A DNA stretch of 64,000 nt from an uncultured Acidobacteriota bacterium. Lineage in GTDB: Bacteria; Acidobacteriota; Thermoanaerobaculia; Gp7-AA8. Shown here in pieces: positions 45,442 to 54,537 of this stretch. A program made the translations under genes and the position numbers. Within the stretch, counting starts at the first letter, position 1. Each line of letters starts with the position of its first letter. The stretch lies in NCBI GenBank assembly GCA_963822445.1, contig CAWGHO010000003.1:960001-1024000 (forward strand), written 5' to 3'. A model generated the notes under the pieces. It was not told the DNA's origin and searched no databases. It worked only from the letters and a program-made list of their open reading frames with translations.

Positions 45442-47705
45442 GCGTGCGCCGGATCGGAGCGGTTCTCGTCGCGATCATGGCGTCGCTCGCCGTCGCCGGC
45501 CCATGGATCGCTCACTACGAGCCGGATGCATGGATCGCCGCGCCGTTTCAGCCGCCGTCCGCGAGCCACTGGCTCGGGACCGACGACATGGGCCAGGACC
45601 TCTGGAGCGCGTGGCTGCACGGCGCGAGACATTCCGTGGTGATCGCGATGATCGCGGCCGTGGCCGCGACACTCATCGGCACCTTGATCGGAGCGGGCGC
45701 GGGCTATCGGCGAGGGGGATGGGATTTCGCCGCGATGCGTCTGGTGGATTTCTTTCTCACGCTGCCGTCGCTTCCTCTGGTGCTGGTCGTCGCGTTCTAC
45801 GCCGGCCCGAGCACGCCGATGTTGATCGCCGTGCTCATCTTCGGGTCATGGGCGCGTTGTGCGCGCGAGCTTCATCCGGCGGCGGCGGCTCTGCGCGATG
45901 CCGATTTCATCGTCGCCGAGCGCGCGATGGGAGCGACGGCGACCGGCATTCTCCTGCGTCACGTTCTGCCGGTGCTGTCGCCGATGATCTTCGCGCAGTT
46001 CGCGCGGCTCACGTACCACGCAGTGCTGCTCGACAGCGCGCTCGGGTTTCTCGGCCTCGGCGACCGGCGAGTGGTGAGCTGGGGTACTACGTTGTATTAC
46101 GCGAATGCGCGCGCGGCCTTTCTCGGCGAGTCGTGGTTGTGGTGGGTCCTGCCGCCCGGACTGGGCATCGCGCTGCTGGTCACCGGCTTCGCGCTGCTCG
46201 GCGTGGGCCAGCCGCGCGGCGCCGCGCTGCGGGCCGCGATGATCCCGCACGGACCGGCCCCGGATCCCGACCCGTCACAACTGCTCCAGACCGGCGATCT
46301 CCACGTGAGCCAATCGGGAACGCCGATCCTTCGAGGCCTCGACCTGCAGCTGGCGCCCGGCGAAGTGGTCGGCCTGGCCGGACTCTCCGGCGCCGGCAAA
46401 ACCACCCTCGTGCAGACGATCCTCGGACTTCTTCCGCGGGCCGAGATCGCGCGCGGCGGCGTGTGGCTCGCCGGCCAGGAGCTGCTGCGCATGCCCGAGC
46501 GTTTGCGCCGCCGAAAACGCGGGAGCGAGGTCGCATGGATCTCGCAGGCGGCGATGCAATCGCTCAATCCGGTGCGGACCATCGGCTCGCAGCTTCGGGA
46601 GGTCGCGCGTTTCGATCGCCGTAATCTCGATGTCGGCGGCCTGCTCGAACAGGTCGGCTTGTCGCGCGAGCTGAAGGATGCCTATCCGCATCAGCTCTCC
46701 GGCGGGATGCGCCAGCGCGTGGTCATCGCGATGGTTCTTTGCCGCGAGCCGCGCGTGCTTCTCGCCGACGAGCCGACCTCGGGCCTGGACAGCGATCGCG
46801 CGCGGGAGATCGTGGACCTGTTGACGCGCCTCTGCCGGGAGCGGCGCATGGCGTTGCTGCTGGTCTCGCACGATCTCGCATTGATCGAGCGCCATTGCGA
46901 TCGTCTGGCGATTCTCGATGAGGGGCGGATCGTCGAGAGCGGCCCCGCGGCCGCACTGCTCGCCGCACCGCAGAGCGCGGTCGCCCGGACATTGACGGCG
47001 GCGGCGCGGCCGAAGATGCGGCCGGCCGGCAACACCAACGATGGCCAGCCGGTCATTCTCGACATCGCCGCCGTCGATTTCGCGTACGCGACGGAAACCG
47101 TTCTCGAAGATCTCTCGCTGCAGATCCACGGCGGAGAATCGGTCGGGTTGGTCGGTCCGAGCGGCGCCGGAAAAACGACGATCGCGCGGCTTGCGCTGCG
47201 CCTGTTGCGTCCGGCGAGCGGCACGGTGAAGCTCCTCGGGCGCGACCTGGCGACGCTGCACGGCAGCGCCTTGCGCGCGCACCTTCGCCACGCCCATCTC
47301 ATCTTCCAGGATCCGTTCGCCGCGCTGCCCTGGCATCAGCCGGTGAGGACGATCGTCGCCGAGCCGCTGCGGCTCGCGGGCGTGAGCCGCGTCCGTCGCG
47401 CGTCCGCCGTCGCGCGTGCGCTCGCCGAGGCAGGGCTCGCGGAGAGCTACGCGGAGCGCAACGTGGACAGTCTTTCCGGCGGCGAGCGGCAGCGCGTCGC
47501 GCTGGCGCGCGCTCTCGTTGCGGAGCCTCGCCTGATCATTGCGGACGAGCCGACGTCGATGCTCGATGCGCCGATGAAATGGGCCTGGCTGGAACGGCTC
47601 AACACTTTACGCCGCGAGCGCGGCCTGGCCGTGCTGCTGATCACCCACGATCAGGCCCAGGCGGCGGCGTTCTGCGATCGCGTGGTGGCCGTCGAACCTC
47701 GTTGA
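45438..47705 (+). CDS. Fused OppC-type permease plus two ABC ATPase domains
   Basis: HWLGTDDMGQD; GLSGAGKT/LSGGMRQR/LADEPT; GPSGAGKT/LSGGERQR/IADEPT. Confidence 0.9.
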   Translation: MSVRRIGAVLVAIMASLAVAGPWIAHYEPDAWIAAPFQPPSASHWLGTDDMGQDLWSAWLHGARHSVVIAMIAAVAATLIGTLIGAGAGYRRGGWDFAAMRLVDFFLTLPSLPLVLVVAFYAGPSTPMLIAVLIFGSWARCARELHPAAAALRDADFIVAERAMGATATGILLRHVLPVLSPMIFAQFARLTYHAVLLDSALGFLGLGDRRVVSWGTTLYYANARAAFLGESWLWWVLPPGLGIALLVTGFALLGVGQPRGAALRAAMIPHGPAPDPDPSQLLQTGDLHVSQSGTPILRGLDLQLAPGEVVGLAGLSGAGKTTLVQTILGLLPRAEIARGGVWLAGQELLRMPERLRRRKRGSEVAWISQAAMQSLNPVRTIGSQLREVARFDRRNLDVGGLLEQVGLSRELKDAYPHQLSGGMRQRVVIAMVLCREPRVLLADEPTSGLDSDRAREIVDLLTRLCRERRMALLLVSHDLALIERHCDRLAILDEGRIVESGPAAALLAAPQSAVARTLTAAARPKMRPAGNTNDGQPVILDIAAVDFAYATETVLEDLSLQIHGGESVGLVGPSGAGKTTIARLALRLLRPASGTVKLLGRDLATLHGSALRAHLRHAHLIFQDPFAALPWHQPVRTIVAEPLRLAGVSRVRRASAVARALAEAGLAESYAERNVDSLSGGERQRVALARALVAEPRLIIADEPTSMLDAPMKWAWLERLNTLRRERGLAVLLITHDQAQAAAFCDRVVAVEPR

Positions 47706-47769
47706 CGGCAAGACTGATTTCCATCATCATTCGTCCGGGTCCCCACACAACAACCGAACAGGAGGAATC

Positions 47770-49659
47770 ATGCGAGCTTTCCGGCTTTTGCTCCCGGTGT
47801 TTGCGCTCCTCGTCGCCGCGTCGACGTCGTTCGCCCAGACCCTTCCGACGAATCCGCAACCAACCTGCGTCGCTTCGCCACAACTGTTCAACTCGTGGTT
47901 TGCATCGGGATCGGCCAGCCGCGACGGGGTCGTGAACCCGGCCAACAGCATCACCTTCCAGCCGGCGAACAACTGCAACTTTTATCTCTGGTCGCACCAG
48001 ATGCTCCTCTGGCTGCTTTCTCCGGCGCCTTCCAACTACGGCGGTTCAGGCCGCGTCTTCGACTCCGGCGTCTTCTACGACGTCACGACGGTGTTCTCGG
48101 GAAAGCGCTACTTCGTTCAACACACGGTCTTCCCGCCCGACGCGACAGCGGCCGATAAGGCGCGCAGGCTGGTCAGCGTGCGCCCCGCGAAACCGGGTCC
48201 GAACGGCCTGCCGGCCGTGATCGACCGGCAGGGCAACATCATCGAGGTCCTGCCCGCGACGACCGGCCCCAACAACCGGCCGCTTCTGTTCAACCAGGCC
48301 GGCAAACTGGTCGAAGCGATGCGCGTCACGGTCGGCGCCGACAAGAAGGCCGTCTTTCACGACGCGGCGGGGAACGTGATCCCGAAGCCGAAGATCAACA
48401 TCCCGGCGAACCTGAAGGGCGCACGCGTCGGCGTGCGGTTCTTCACCACCGACAACTCGCCGATCATCGTTGATTCGGACGGCGTCGTCTTCGACGTCAG
48501 TCCGGCCCAGGCCGGCGGTTCCGCGGTGCTCCTCGCGCAGAACAGCTCCGTCGTCTACTACACGATCGTGGCGAACGACGTCTACGCCTACTACGCCAGC
48601 CAGATCAACTCGCAGAACCCTGTGCCGACGGCGCTGTTCCCGACGACGCAGGCCGACCTGAACGCGATCCAGCAGTACGCCGGCCAGACGTTCCCGGACG
48701 GCATCGCCCTCGCCGTGGAGGTGAAACTGGCGTGGGTCGACATCTCCGCCGTGCAGAACCCGGGCACCTACATCACCTCACCGGCGTTCGTGCCGACGTA
48801 CGACACGTCGAATCCGAAGAAGTGGGTGCCGACAGGCGAGAAGTTCACCACCCTGGCCCTGGTCGGCGTCCATTTCGTCGGCAGCGTGAACGGGCATCCG
48901 GAGATGGTCTGGTCGACCTTCGAGCACTTCGGCAACTCGCCGGTCGGCCAGTACCAGTACGTCAACACAGCGAACCAGACCGTCACCGTCCCAGCCAACT
49001 CGGCCGGAACGTGGCTGTTCTCGACGAGCAACTCCAGCGGTCCGTTCAACGTGGCGCACGCGAACTACCAGGCCCCGCCGTACATCCAGGGGAGTCCCAT
49101 CCCGAACCAGTCGGGTCAGTTCTTCAACGTGAGCCCGAGCGACACGCAGCTCGTCTATCAGTTCGGTGTGGCCCCGACCGGCGTCCCGAATCAGGAGGAT
49201 GCTACGCCGGCCGCCGCGAACACGGAGGTCCTCTCGAGCGACAACAGCGTGCTGGGCCAGCTCAACACACTGGCCAAAGGCGACGTCCGCGCGAACTACT
49301 ACTTCGTCGGCTCGACCTGGACGTTCGGCGGCTACGCGCCCACCGGGCAGTACAACCCGTCCACCAACAACGGCAACGGTGCCGAGATCGGGACGAACCG
49401 CCTCGCCAACAGCACGATGGAGACGTACCACCAGGCCACCGGCAACTCCGGCTCGAACTGCTTCACCTGCCACTCCGACACGTCGACCGGACACAAGGCA
49501 ACGACGGCCGTCAGCCACATCTTCAGCGAGATGATGCCGCTCGGCAGCGTCCTGGCGGTCTCGCCGACCGACGCGCCGCCTCCGAAAGTCATCCCGACGG
49601 GCACGAAGGCGAGCTCCGCAACGAAGGCGAACAGCCGCGAAACGAAGAAGAAAGACTGA
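47770..49659 (+). CDS. Large secreted mono-heme c protein of unknown function
   Basis: AGGAGG RBS, signal peptide, EVKLAW, LVGVHFVG..HPEMVWSTFEH, LANSTMETY, single CFTCH near the C-terminus. Confidence 0.78.
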   Translation: MRAFRLLLPVFALLVAASTSFAQTLPTNPQPTCVASPQLFNSWFASGSASRDGVVNPANSITFQPANNCNFYLWSHQMLLWLLSPAPSNYGGSGRVFDSGVFYDVTTVFSGKRYFVQHTVFPPDATAADKARRLVSVRPAKPGPNGLPAVIDRQGNIIEVLPATTGPNNRPLLFNQAGKLVEAMRVTVGADKKAVFHDAAGNVIPKPKINIPANLKGARVGVRFFTTDNSPIIVDSDGVVFDVSPAQAGGSAVLLAQNSSVVYYTIVANDVYAYYASQINSQNPVPTALFPTTQADLNAIQQYAGQTFPDGIALAVEVKLAWVDISAVQNPGTYITSPAFVPTYDTSNPKKWVPTGEKFTTLALVGVHFVGSVNGHPEMVWSTFEHFGNSPVGQYQYVNTANQTVTVPANSAGTWLFSTSNSSGPFNVAHANYQAPPYIQGSPIPNQSGQFFNVSPSDTQLVYQFGVAPTGVPNQEDATPAAANTEVLSSDNSVLGQLNTLAKGDVRANYYFVGSTWTFGGYAPTGQYNPSTNNGNGAEIGTNRLANSTMETYHQATGNSGSNCFTCHSDTSTGHKATTAVSHIFSEMMPLGSVLAVSPTDAPPPKVIPTGTKASSATKANSRETKKKD

Positions 49660-49672
49660 TCGAATTTCGGCT

Positions 49673-49704
49673 GTGGAGGACAGGCAATCCTGCCTGTCCT
49701 CCAC
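49673..49704. repeat. GACAGGCA-N4-TGCCTGTC REP-like palindrome between convergent genes
   Basis: gtggaggacaggca-atcc-tgcctgtcctccac. Confidence 0.8.
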
Positions 49705-51948
49705 CTAGTTACCGTTGTTGACGCCAGCGCCTACCTGGAGATGCCAGAAGGCCGCATACACGCCGTTTTTCGCGAGCAGGGTCTCGTGGTCTCCGCGCTC
49801 GCATACCGTGCCGTCCTTCAACACCACGATCTCGCCGGCATTGCGGACCGTGGAGAGGCGATGGGCGATGACGAGCTTCGTGCGGCCCGGCGTGGCGATC
49901 GCGAGCGCGTCGAGCAACGCCGCCTCGGTCCGGCTGTCGATCGCCGACGTCGCCTCGTCGAGGACGAGGATCGGGGCGTCTTTCAACACCGCCCGCGCGA
50001 TGGCGACGCGTTGGCGCTCGCCTCCCGATAACCGAATCCCGCGCTCTCCCACCAGCGTGTCGTACCCATCGGGCATGGCCATGATGAAGTCGTGAGCGAG
50101 GGCCACGCGAGCCGCGGCGACGATGTCGTCGATCGTCGCGTCGTGCCGTCCGACGGCGATGTTGTCGCGGATCGTGCCGTCGAAAAGATACGCGTCCTGC
50201 GTGACCAGGCTGATCGCGCCGCGCAGCGACTCGAGCGCGAGATCGCGAATGTCGATGCCGTCGATCGAGATGCGGCCCGCGTTCGGGTCGTAGAAGCGCA
50301 GCAACAATTTGGCGATGGTGGTCTTCCCCGCGCCGGTCGGGCCGACGATCGCCAGCGTTTCTCCCGCGCCGGCGCGGAACGCGACATCCGAGATCGCTCC
50401 CGCCGCGCCGGGGTATTCGAATGCGACGCAGTCGAACACGATCTCGGCGCCGCGGCCGGAAGAGGGGGGTACTTCGCTGCCGCCGATGATGGTGGCTCGC
50501 GTATCCAGGAGCGCCTGGATGCGCGTCAGCGCGGCCTGCGCGTGCGTGAGCTCGTCGAAGAGATCGCCGAGGCGCGTCAACGGGTACCAGGTCCGGAAAC
50601 TGGCGTAGACCAGCGCCGAGAACATGCCGATGGACAGCGGCGTCTTCGAGGCGAAGAGTCCGAACGTGAGCAGCACGAGGTCGAAGCCGAGTGCGACCCA
50701 CATGCGCATGACCGGGTTGAATGCGGCCGAGAGTCGGCTCGCCGAGTCGGTGCGGAGCCGGTAGACGTCGCTCGTTTCCGCGAGCTGCGCGGCCACGCGC
50801 TCTTCGGCGGTGAAGCTCCTGATGGTGACCAACCCGTTGAGGCTCGTCGACAGCTCGAGCGCCAGACGGTCCGAGGCCGTGCGCACGTCGTCGTACGCCG
50901 GCCCGAGGCGCTCCTGAAACCAGCGCGAACTGATGATGGTGAGCGGGATCGGCACGAAGAGCAGCAGCGCGATCCACGGCGGCAGGAAGATCAGCGCCAC
51001 CAGCGGAATGAGGAGCACGGTCAGCGCCGAGACCGCCTCCATCGCCCGGTAGTCGAAGAACCGGCTGACCCTGTCGACGTCGTCGAGCAGGAGGTTGAGC
51101 AGCTCGCCGGAGCTCTTGCCCTCGATGTACGCCAGATCGAGCGTCTGGACGTGGCCATAGACCTCCAGGCGCATGTCCATGCGGATCCGCTGTCCAAGAC
51201 GGCGCCAGAGCAGCCACTGGACATATTCGAACAGGGAGCTGAGCGCCGCGCCGATCATGAGGAGGATGGAGACGAAGACGATCTGCCCGCCGACGGTGGT
51301 GATCCCGATGGCGGCAATCCACGCCGAAGCGCCGTTGGCGAGGATGTCGACGGCGAGGCCGATGCAGAACGGCAGGGCGAGGTCGGCAAAGCGCATGAGC
51401 AGGACCGCCACGCTCGGCGCGATCATGCCTTTGCCGTAACGCCGCCACAGGGCGGAGACCGGGTCGCGAGAGACCGCGCCGGCCGGCTCCTCGCGCAACT
51501 CGCGTCTGGCCCGTTTGACGCCGCCGACGATCGCCGCGGCTGCACCCACGCCGAGGGCGATCGAGCCGAGCGTGCTGGAAGCCCACGAGAGGATGGCGAA
51601 ACCGGCGGTCGCGACCAGGGCGTTGCGCACCCAGCGTCCGTCAAAGTCGGGAAGGACCGGCTCGTGAATGCGGGGCTCGCGTGGGGTGACCTCGGGACGA
51701 GGGTCGCGCGCCGCCAGCAACCGCACGCGGACTGCGACCTCCGCGACGACGCTTTCGGTCGGGCGATGTTCGTGAAACTGCACGAGGACGCCGCCGGTCG
51801 TCGCGTTCGCCGTCACCGCGGTGACGTCATCGAGGCCACGCAGATCGTCAGCCAGCTCCTCGGCGAGAGCCGGAGTGTCGCGGATCAACGGCACGCGCAG
51901 GCGAATTCTCCCCGGCAGGATGGAAACCGCCTCGAGCTGACTGCTCAT
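49705..51948 (-). CDS. ABC exporter (TMD+NBD) with N-terminal HMA2-like domain
   Basis: ILPGRIRLRVP...VTANATTGGVLVQF; GPTGAGKT, LSGGERQR, LDEATSAID, IAHRLST. Confidence 0.88.
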   Translation of the reverse strand: MSSQLEAVSILPGRIRLRVPLIRDTPALAEELADDLRGLDDVTAVTANATTGGVLVQFHEHRPTESVVAEVAVRVRLLAARDPRPEVTPREPRIHEPVLPDFDGRWVRNALVATAGFAILSWASSTLGSIALGVGAAAAIVGGVKRARRELREEPAGAVSRDPVSALWRRYGKGMIAPSVAVLLMRFADLALPFCIGLAVDILANGASAWIAAIGITTVGGQIVFVSILLMIGAALSSLFEYVQWLLWRRLGQRIRMDMRLEVYGHVQTLDLAYIEGKSSGELLNLLLDDVDRVSRFFDYRAMEAVSALTVLLIPLVALIFLPPWIALLLFVPIPLTIISSRWFQERLGPAYDDVRTASDRLALELSTSLNGLVTIRSFTAEERVAAQLAETSDVYRLRTDSASRLSAAFNPVMRMWVALGFDLVLLTFGLFASKTPLSIGMFSALVYASFRTWYPLTRLGDLFDELTHAQAALTRIQALLDTRATIIGGSEVPPSSGRGAEIVFDCVAFEYPGAAGAISDVAFRAGAGETLAIVGPTGAGKTTIAKLLLRFYDPNAGRISIDGIDIRDLALESLRGAISLVTQDAYLFDGTIRDNIAVGRHDATIDDIVAAARVALAHDFIMAMPDGYDTLVGERGIRLSGGERQRVAIARAVLKDAPILVLDEATSAIDSRTEAALLDALAIATPGRTKLVIAHRLSTVRNAGEIVVLKDGTVCERGDHETLLAKNGVYAAFWHLQVGAGVNNGN

Positions 51949-51991
51949 GCTTTCTCATCTCCCCGGGGACAATGACGCGGCGATACGCCGT

Positions 51992-52216
51992 CTAGACAAC
52001 CGGGCGCGGCACGGACTCTTCGCGCTCGACTTCCTGCCGGGCGTCCTCGAGGTCCTCGCGAATCTCGGCGGTCATCCGCTCGAAGTTGCGATTCATGCGG
52101 GCGATGCCTTTGTAGACGCCCTTCACCACCGGCCTCGCTCCGTCTTTGCCGACCAGCCCTTTGACGACGAGGGCGGTGGCGCCGCCGATTGCCGCGTATA
52201 GCAGTTTGTGCAACAT
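51992..52216 (-). CDS. Small PacL/FezA-like (DUF1490/DUF5132-type) membrane protein
   Basis: 74 aa: Gly-rich hydrophobic N-terminus, RPVVKGVYKG, acidic helix AEIREDLEDARQE; AAGGGAG RBS. Confidence 0.7.
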   Translation of the reverse strand: MLHKLLYAAIGGATALVVKGLVGKDGARPVVKGVYKGIARMNRNFERMTAEIREDLEDARQEVEREESVPRPVV

Positions 52217-52248
52217 GGGTGCTCCCTTTCTTCCGGGGACGGCTCTCT

Positions 52249-54453
52249 CTATCGCGATGGGGATCCGGAAAGAATATATGAGTTGGCGGTCTCGATGTCG
52301 ATTCCCTCGTCGGACGGGGGCCGATATCGGATGAGCCGGCTCGAGTTCGCGACCACCGCGATCGCGCCGGCGTTGTGAAGGATCGCGGCGATGAGCGGGT
52401 TGACGAGACCGAGGAGCGCGGCGATCACGCCGACGCCATTGAGGGCGAAGGAGAGTCCGTAGTTCTGTCGGATCACGCGCACGGTCTCGCGGCTGAGCCG
52501 GATCGCCGAGGCGACATCCCGGAGATCGTTGGACGCGAGGGTGAGACCGGCCGCGTCGATGGCGATGTCCGACCCTCCGGTGGCCATGGCGATCCCGAGG
52601 TCGGCGGCTGCCAGCGACGGAGCGTCGTTGATGCCGTCGCCGATCATTGCCACCCGGCGGCCGGACGCGCGGAGCTCCCGGATGAGCGCATATTTCTCCT
52701 CGGGCGACTGCGCGGCACGCCACTCGCTGATCCCCAGGTGGTCCGCGACATGCCCGGCGGCCTCGGCGCGATCGCCTGTCAGCATGATGAAGTCCGGAAC
52801 GAGACGACGCAGAGCGCCGATGGCCGCCGCGGCTTCGGCACGAAGCGGATTCGCGACCGTGATCGCGCCAGCCACTGAACCGGCGACAGCGACATAGACC
52901 ACCGATTCCGCGCGATGCAATTCAACGTGCGGTACCGTCACACCGGACCGCTCGAGGAGCCGCGCACTGCCGACGAGGACGGTTCCGGCGCCCAGGTTCG
53001 CCATCACACCCTCGCCCGGGTACTCCGTGAAGTCTCCCAGCCCGCCGCTGGTGATGCCGTAGTTGCGCGCGTGATCGACGATGGCGCGGCTGAGCGGATG
53101 GTGGGAGCGGTTGATCGCGCGGGCCGCGACCGTGATCAGCTCGACCTCGGTCATGCCGGCGGCGAACACGATCGTGCGGGCCACAACCGGCTTGCCGAGC
53201 GTCAGCGTGCCGGTCTTGTCGAAGACGACAACATCGATGGACGCTGCCGCCTCGACGTTCGGGCCGCCTTTGATCAGGATGCCCCGCCGGGCCGCGTTGC
53301 CGATGGCGGCGCTCACCGGCGACGGCGTCGCCAGACCGATCGCGCAGGGGCAGGCCATCAGCAGGATGGAGACGGCGCTGGCGACATTGCCGGTGAGGAG
53401 CAGCACGCCGAGTGCGAGCAGCACGGCGGACGGCACGAACACGCCGGCGAACCGTTCGCCGACCAGCTCGATCGGCGCATGCAGCGATTCGGCTTCCTCG
53501 ACGCGAAGAATCAGGCGGCCCATCACGGTGTCGGCGCCGAGGTGCTCGACGCGCAGAAGAAAGCCGCTCGCGGAGACGACGGTCGTGCCGGCCTTCACGT
53601 GATCTCCCGGCTGTCGCAGGACGGGGAGGCTCTCGCCGGTGATCGACGACTCGTCGATCGAGGCTTCGCCGCCGGTCACGTCGCCGTCGGCGGGCACGCG
53701 CTCGCCGGCGTAAACCGCGATCACATCGCCCGGTTTCAGCGCGGAGATCGGGCGGCGCACGTCGCCGGCGTCGGTCCGCAGCCAGGCGTAGCCGTCGTCG
53801 GCGGAGAGGAGGTTGCGGATGGCGGTGCGGGTGCGGCGCAGGGTCGAGGCATGGGCGTACTCGCCGATGTTGAGCAGCCAGACGATCGAGAGGGAAGTCA
53901 GGGTCTCGCCGGTCACGAGCGCGCTCACGACGCCCGCGCTGACCAGCGTGTCGGTGCTGACCTTCCGCTCGCGCAGCTCTTCCAGCGCGCCGCGGAAATA
54001 CCGCTTCGCCGTGAACAGCGCGACGAGCGTGGCCACGACTCCGCCGGTCGTTGAGACAGCGAGGGGGACGAGCGCCCACCGCGCCGCGAGCGACCAGGCC
54101 AGCGCCGCGCCGCCGAGGACCAGGTCACGGCGCAGCGCTCGCGGCGAGGCCGTGTGCTCGTGATGACCGTGATGATGGTGATGACCCGGACGCTTCGGGA
54201 GCGCGCGGACGATGACCTCTTCCACCTGCCGCAGATCGGTGGTCCCGACGAACGTGACCAGCACGCTGCCGGTGAGCGTGTTCACCTCGACGCCGGTCAC
54301 GCCCTCCCTGGAGCGAAGCGACAGGGACACGGCCTCGGCCTGAGCGCCGGAGCGCAGTGCCCGCGACCGCCACCGCGCCCGGCCGGGAGCACGCGAGGAG
54401 AGGACCAGAGACTCCCGGAGTCTCGAGGCAGCGTCATGGTCTGGTAGCGACAT
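52249..54453 (-). CDS. P1B-type heavy-metal ATPase, CtpC-like, with HMA2 domain and His-rich linker
   Basis: PGRARWR..VNTLTGSVLV, GHHHHHGHHEH, TGES, ACPC, DKTGT, GDGIND, AAILHNAGAIAVVANSSRL. Confidence 0.92.
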   Translation of the reverse strand: MSLPDHDAASRLRESLVLSSRAPGRARWRSRALRSGAQAEAVSLSLRSREGVTGVEVNTLTGSVLVTFVGTTDLRQVEEVIVRALPKRPGHHHHHGHHEHTASPRALRRDLVLGGAALAWSLAARWALVPLAVSTTGGVVATLVALFTAKRYFRGALEELRERKVSTDTLVSAGVVSALVTGETLTSLSIVWLLNIGEYAHASTLRRTRTAIRNLLSADDGYAWLRTDAGDVRRPISALKPGDVIAVYAGERVPADGDVTGGEASIDESSITGESLPVLRQPGDHVKAGTTVVSASGFLLRVEHLGADTVMGRLILRVEEAESLHAPIELVGERFAGVFVPSAVLLALGVLLLTGNVASAVSILLMACPCAIGLATPSPVSAAIGNAARRGILIKGGPNVEAAASIDVVVFDKTGTLTLGKPVVARTIVFAAGMTEVELITVAARAINRSHHPLSRAIVDHARNYGITSGGLGDFTEYPGEGVMANLGAGTVLVGSARLLERSGVTVPHVELHRAESVVYVAVAGSVAGAITVANPLRAEAAAAIGALRRLVPDFIMLTGDRAEAAGHVADHLGISEWRAAQSPEEKYALIRELRASGRRVAMIGDGINDAPSLAAADLGIAMATGGSDIAIDAAGLTLASNDLRDVASAIRLSRETVRVIRQNYGLSFALNGVGVIAALLGLVNPLIAAILHNAGAIAVVANSSRLIRYRPPSDEGIDIETANSYILSGSPSR

Positions 54454-54537
54454 GGCAGCCGTTGTTGCAACTCGCGTGAACGGTTCGCCAGCGATTCTAG
54501 TCCGATCGCGTTCAGACCGCCTCGAAGGGCGCGCTGC

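Larger units (their letters stand above)
37500..54537. mobile_element. Integrase-less genomic island of metal-handling genes
   Basis: Bracketed by same-orientation diverged copies of the LytTR 3' end; content is all metal uptake, export or redox. Confidence 0.65.

Noticed and set aside
52249-54453. Canonical ferrosome FezB (P1B-6)
   Set aside because: The M4 motif is ACPC, not the SCA typical of P1B-6, and the C-terminus looks like CtpC; called CtpC-like instead
54465-54482. sigma54 promoter upstream of the P1B-ATPase
   Set aside because: CACG-N4-TTGCA is present but the essential -24 GG is missing
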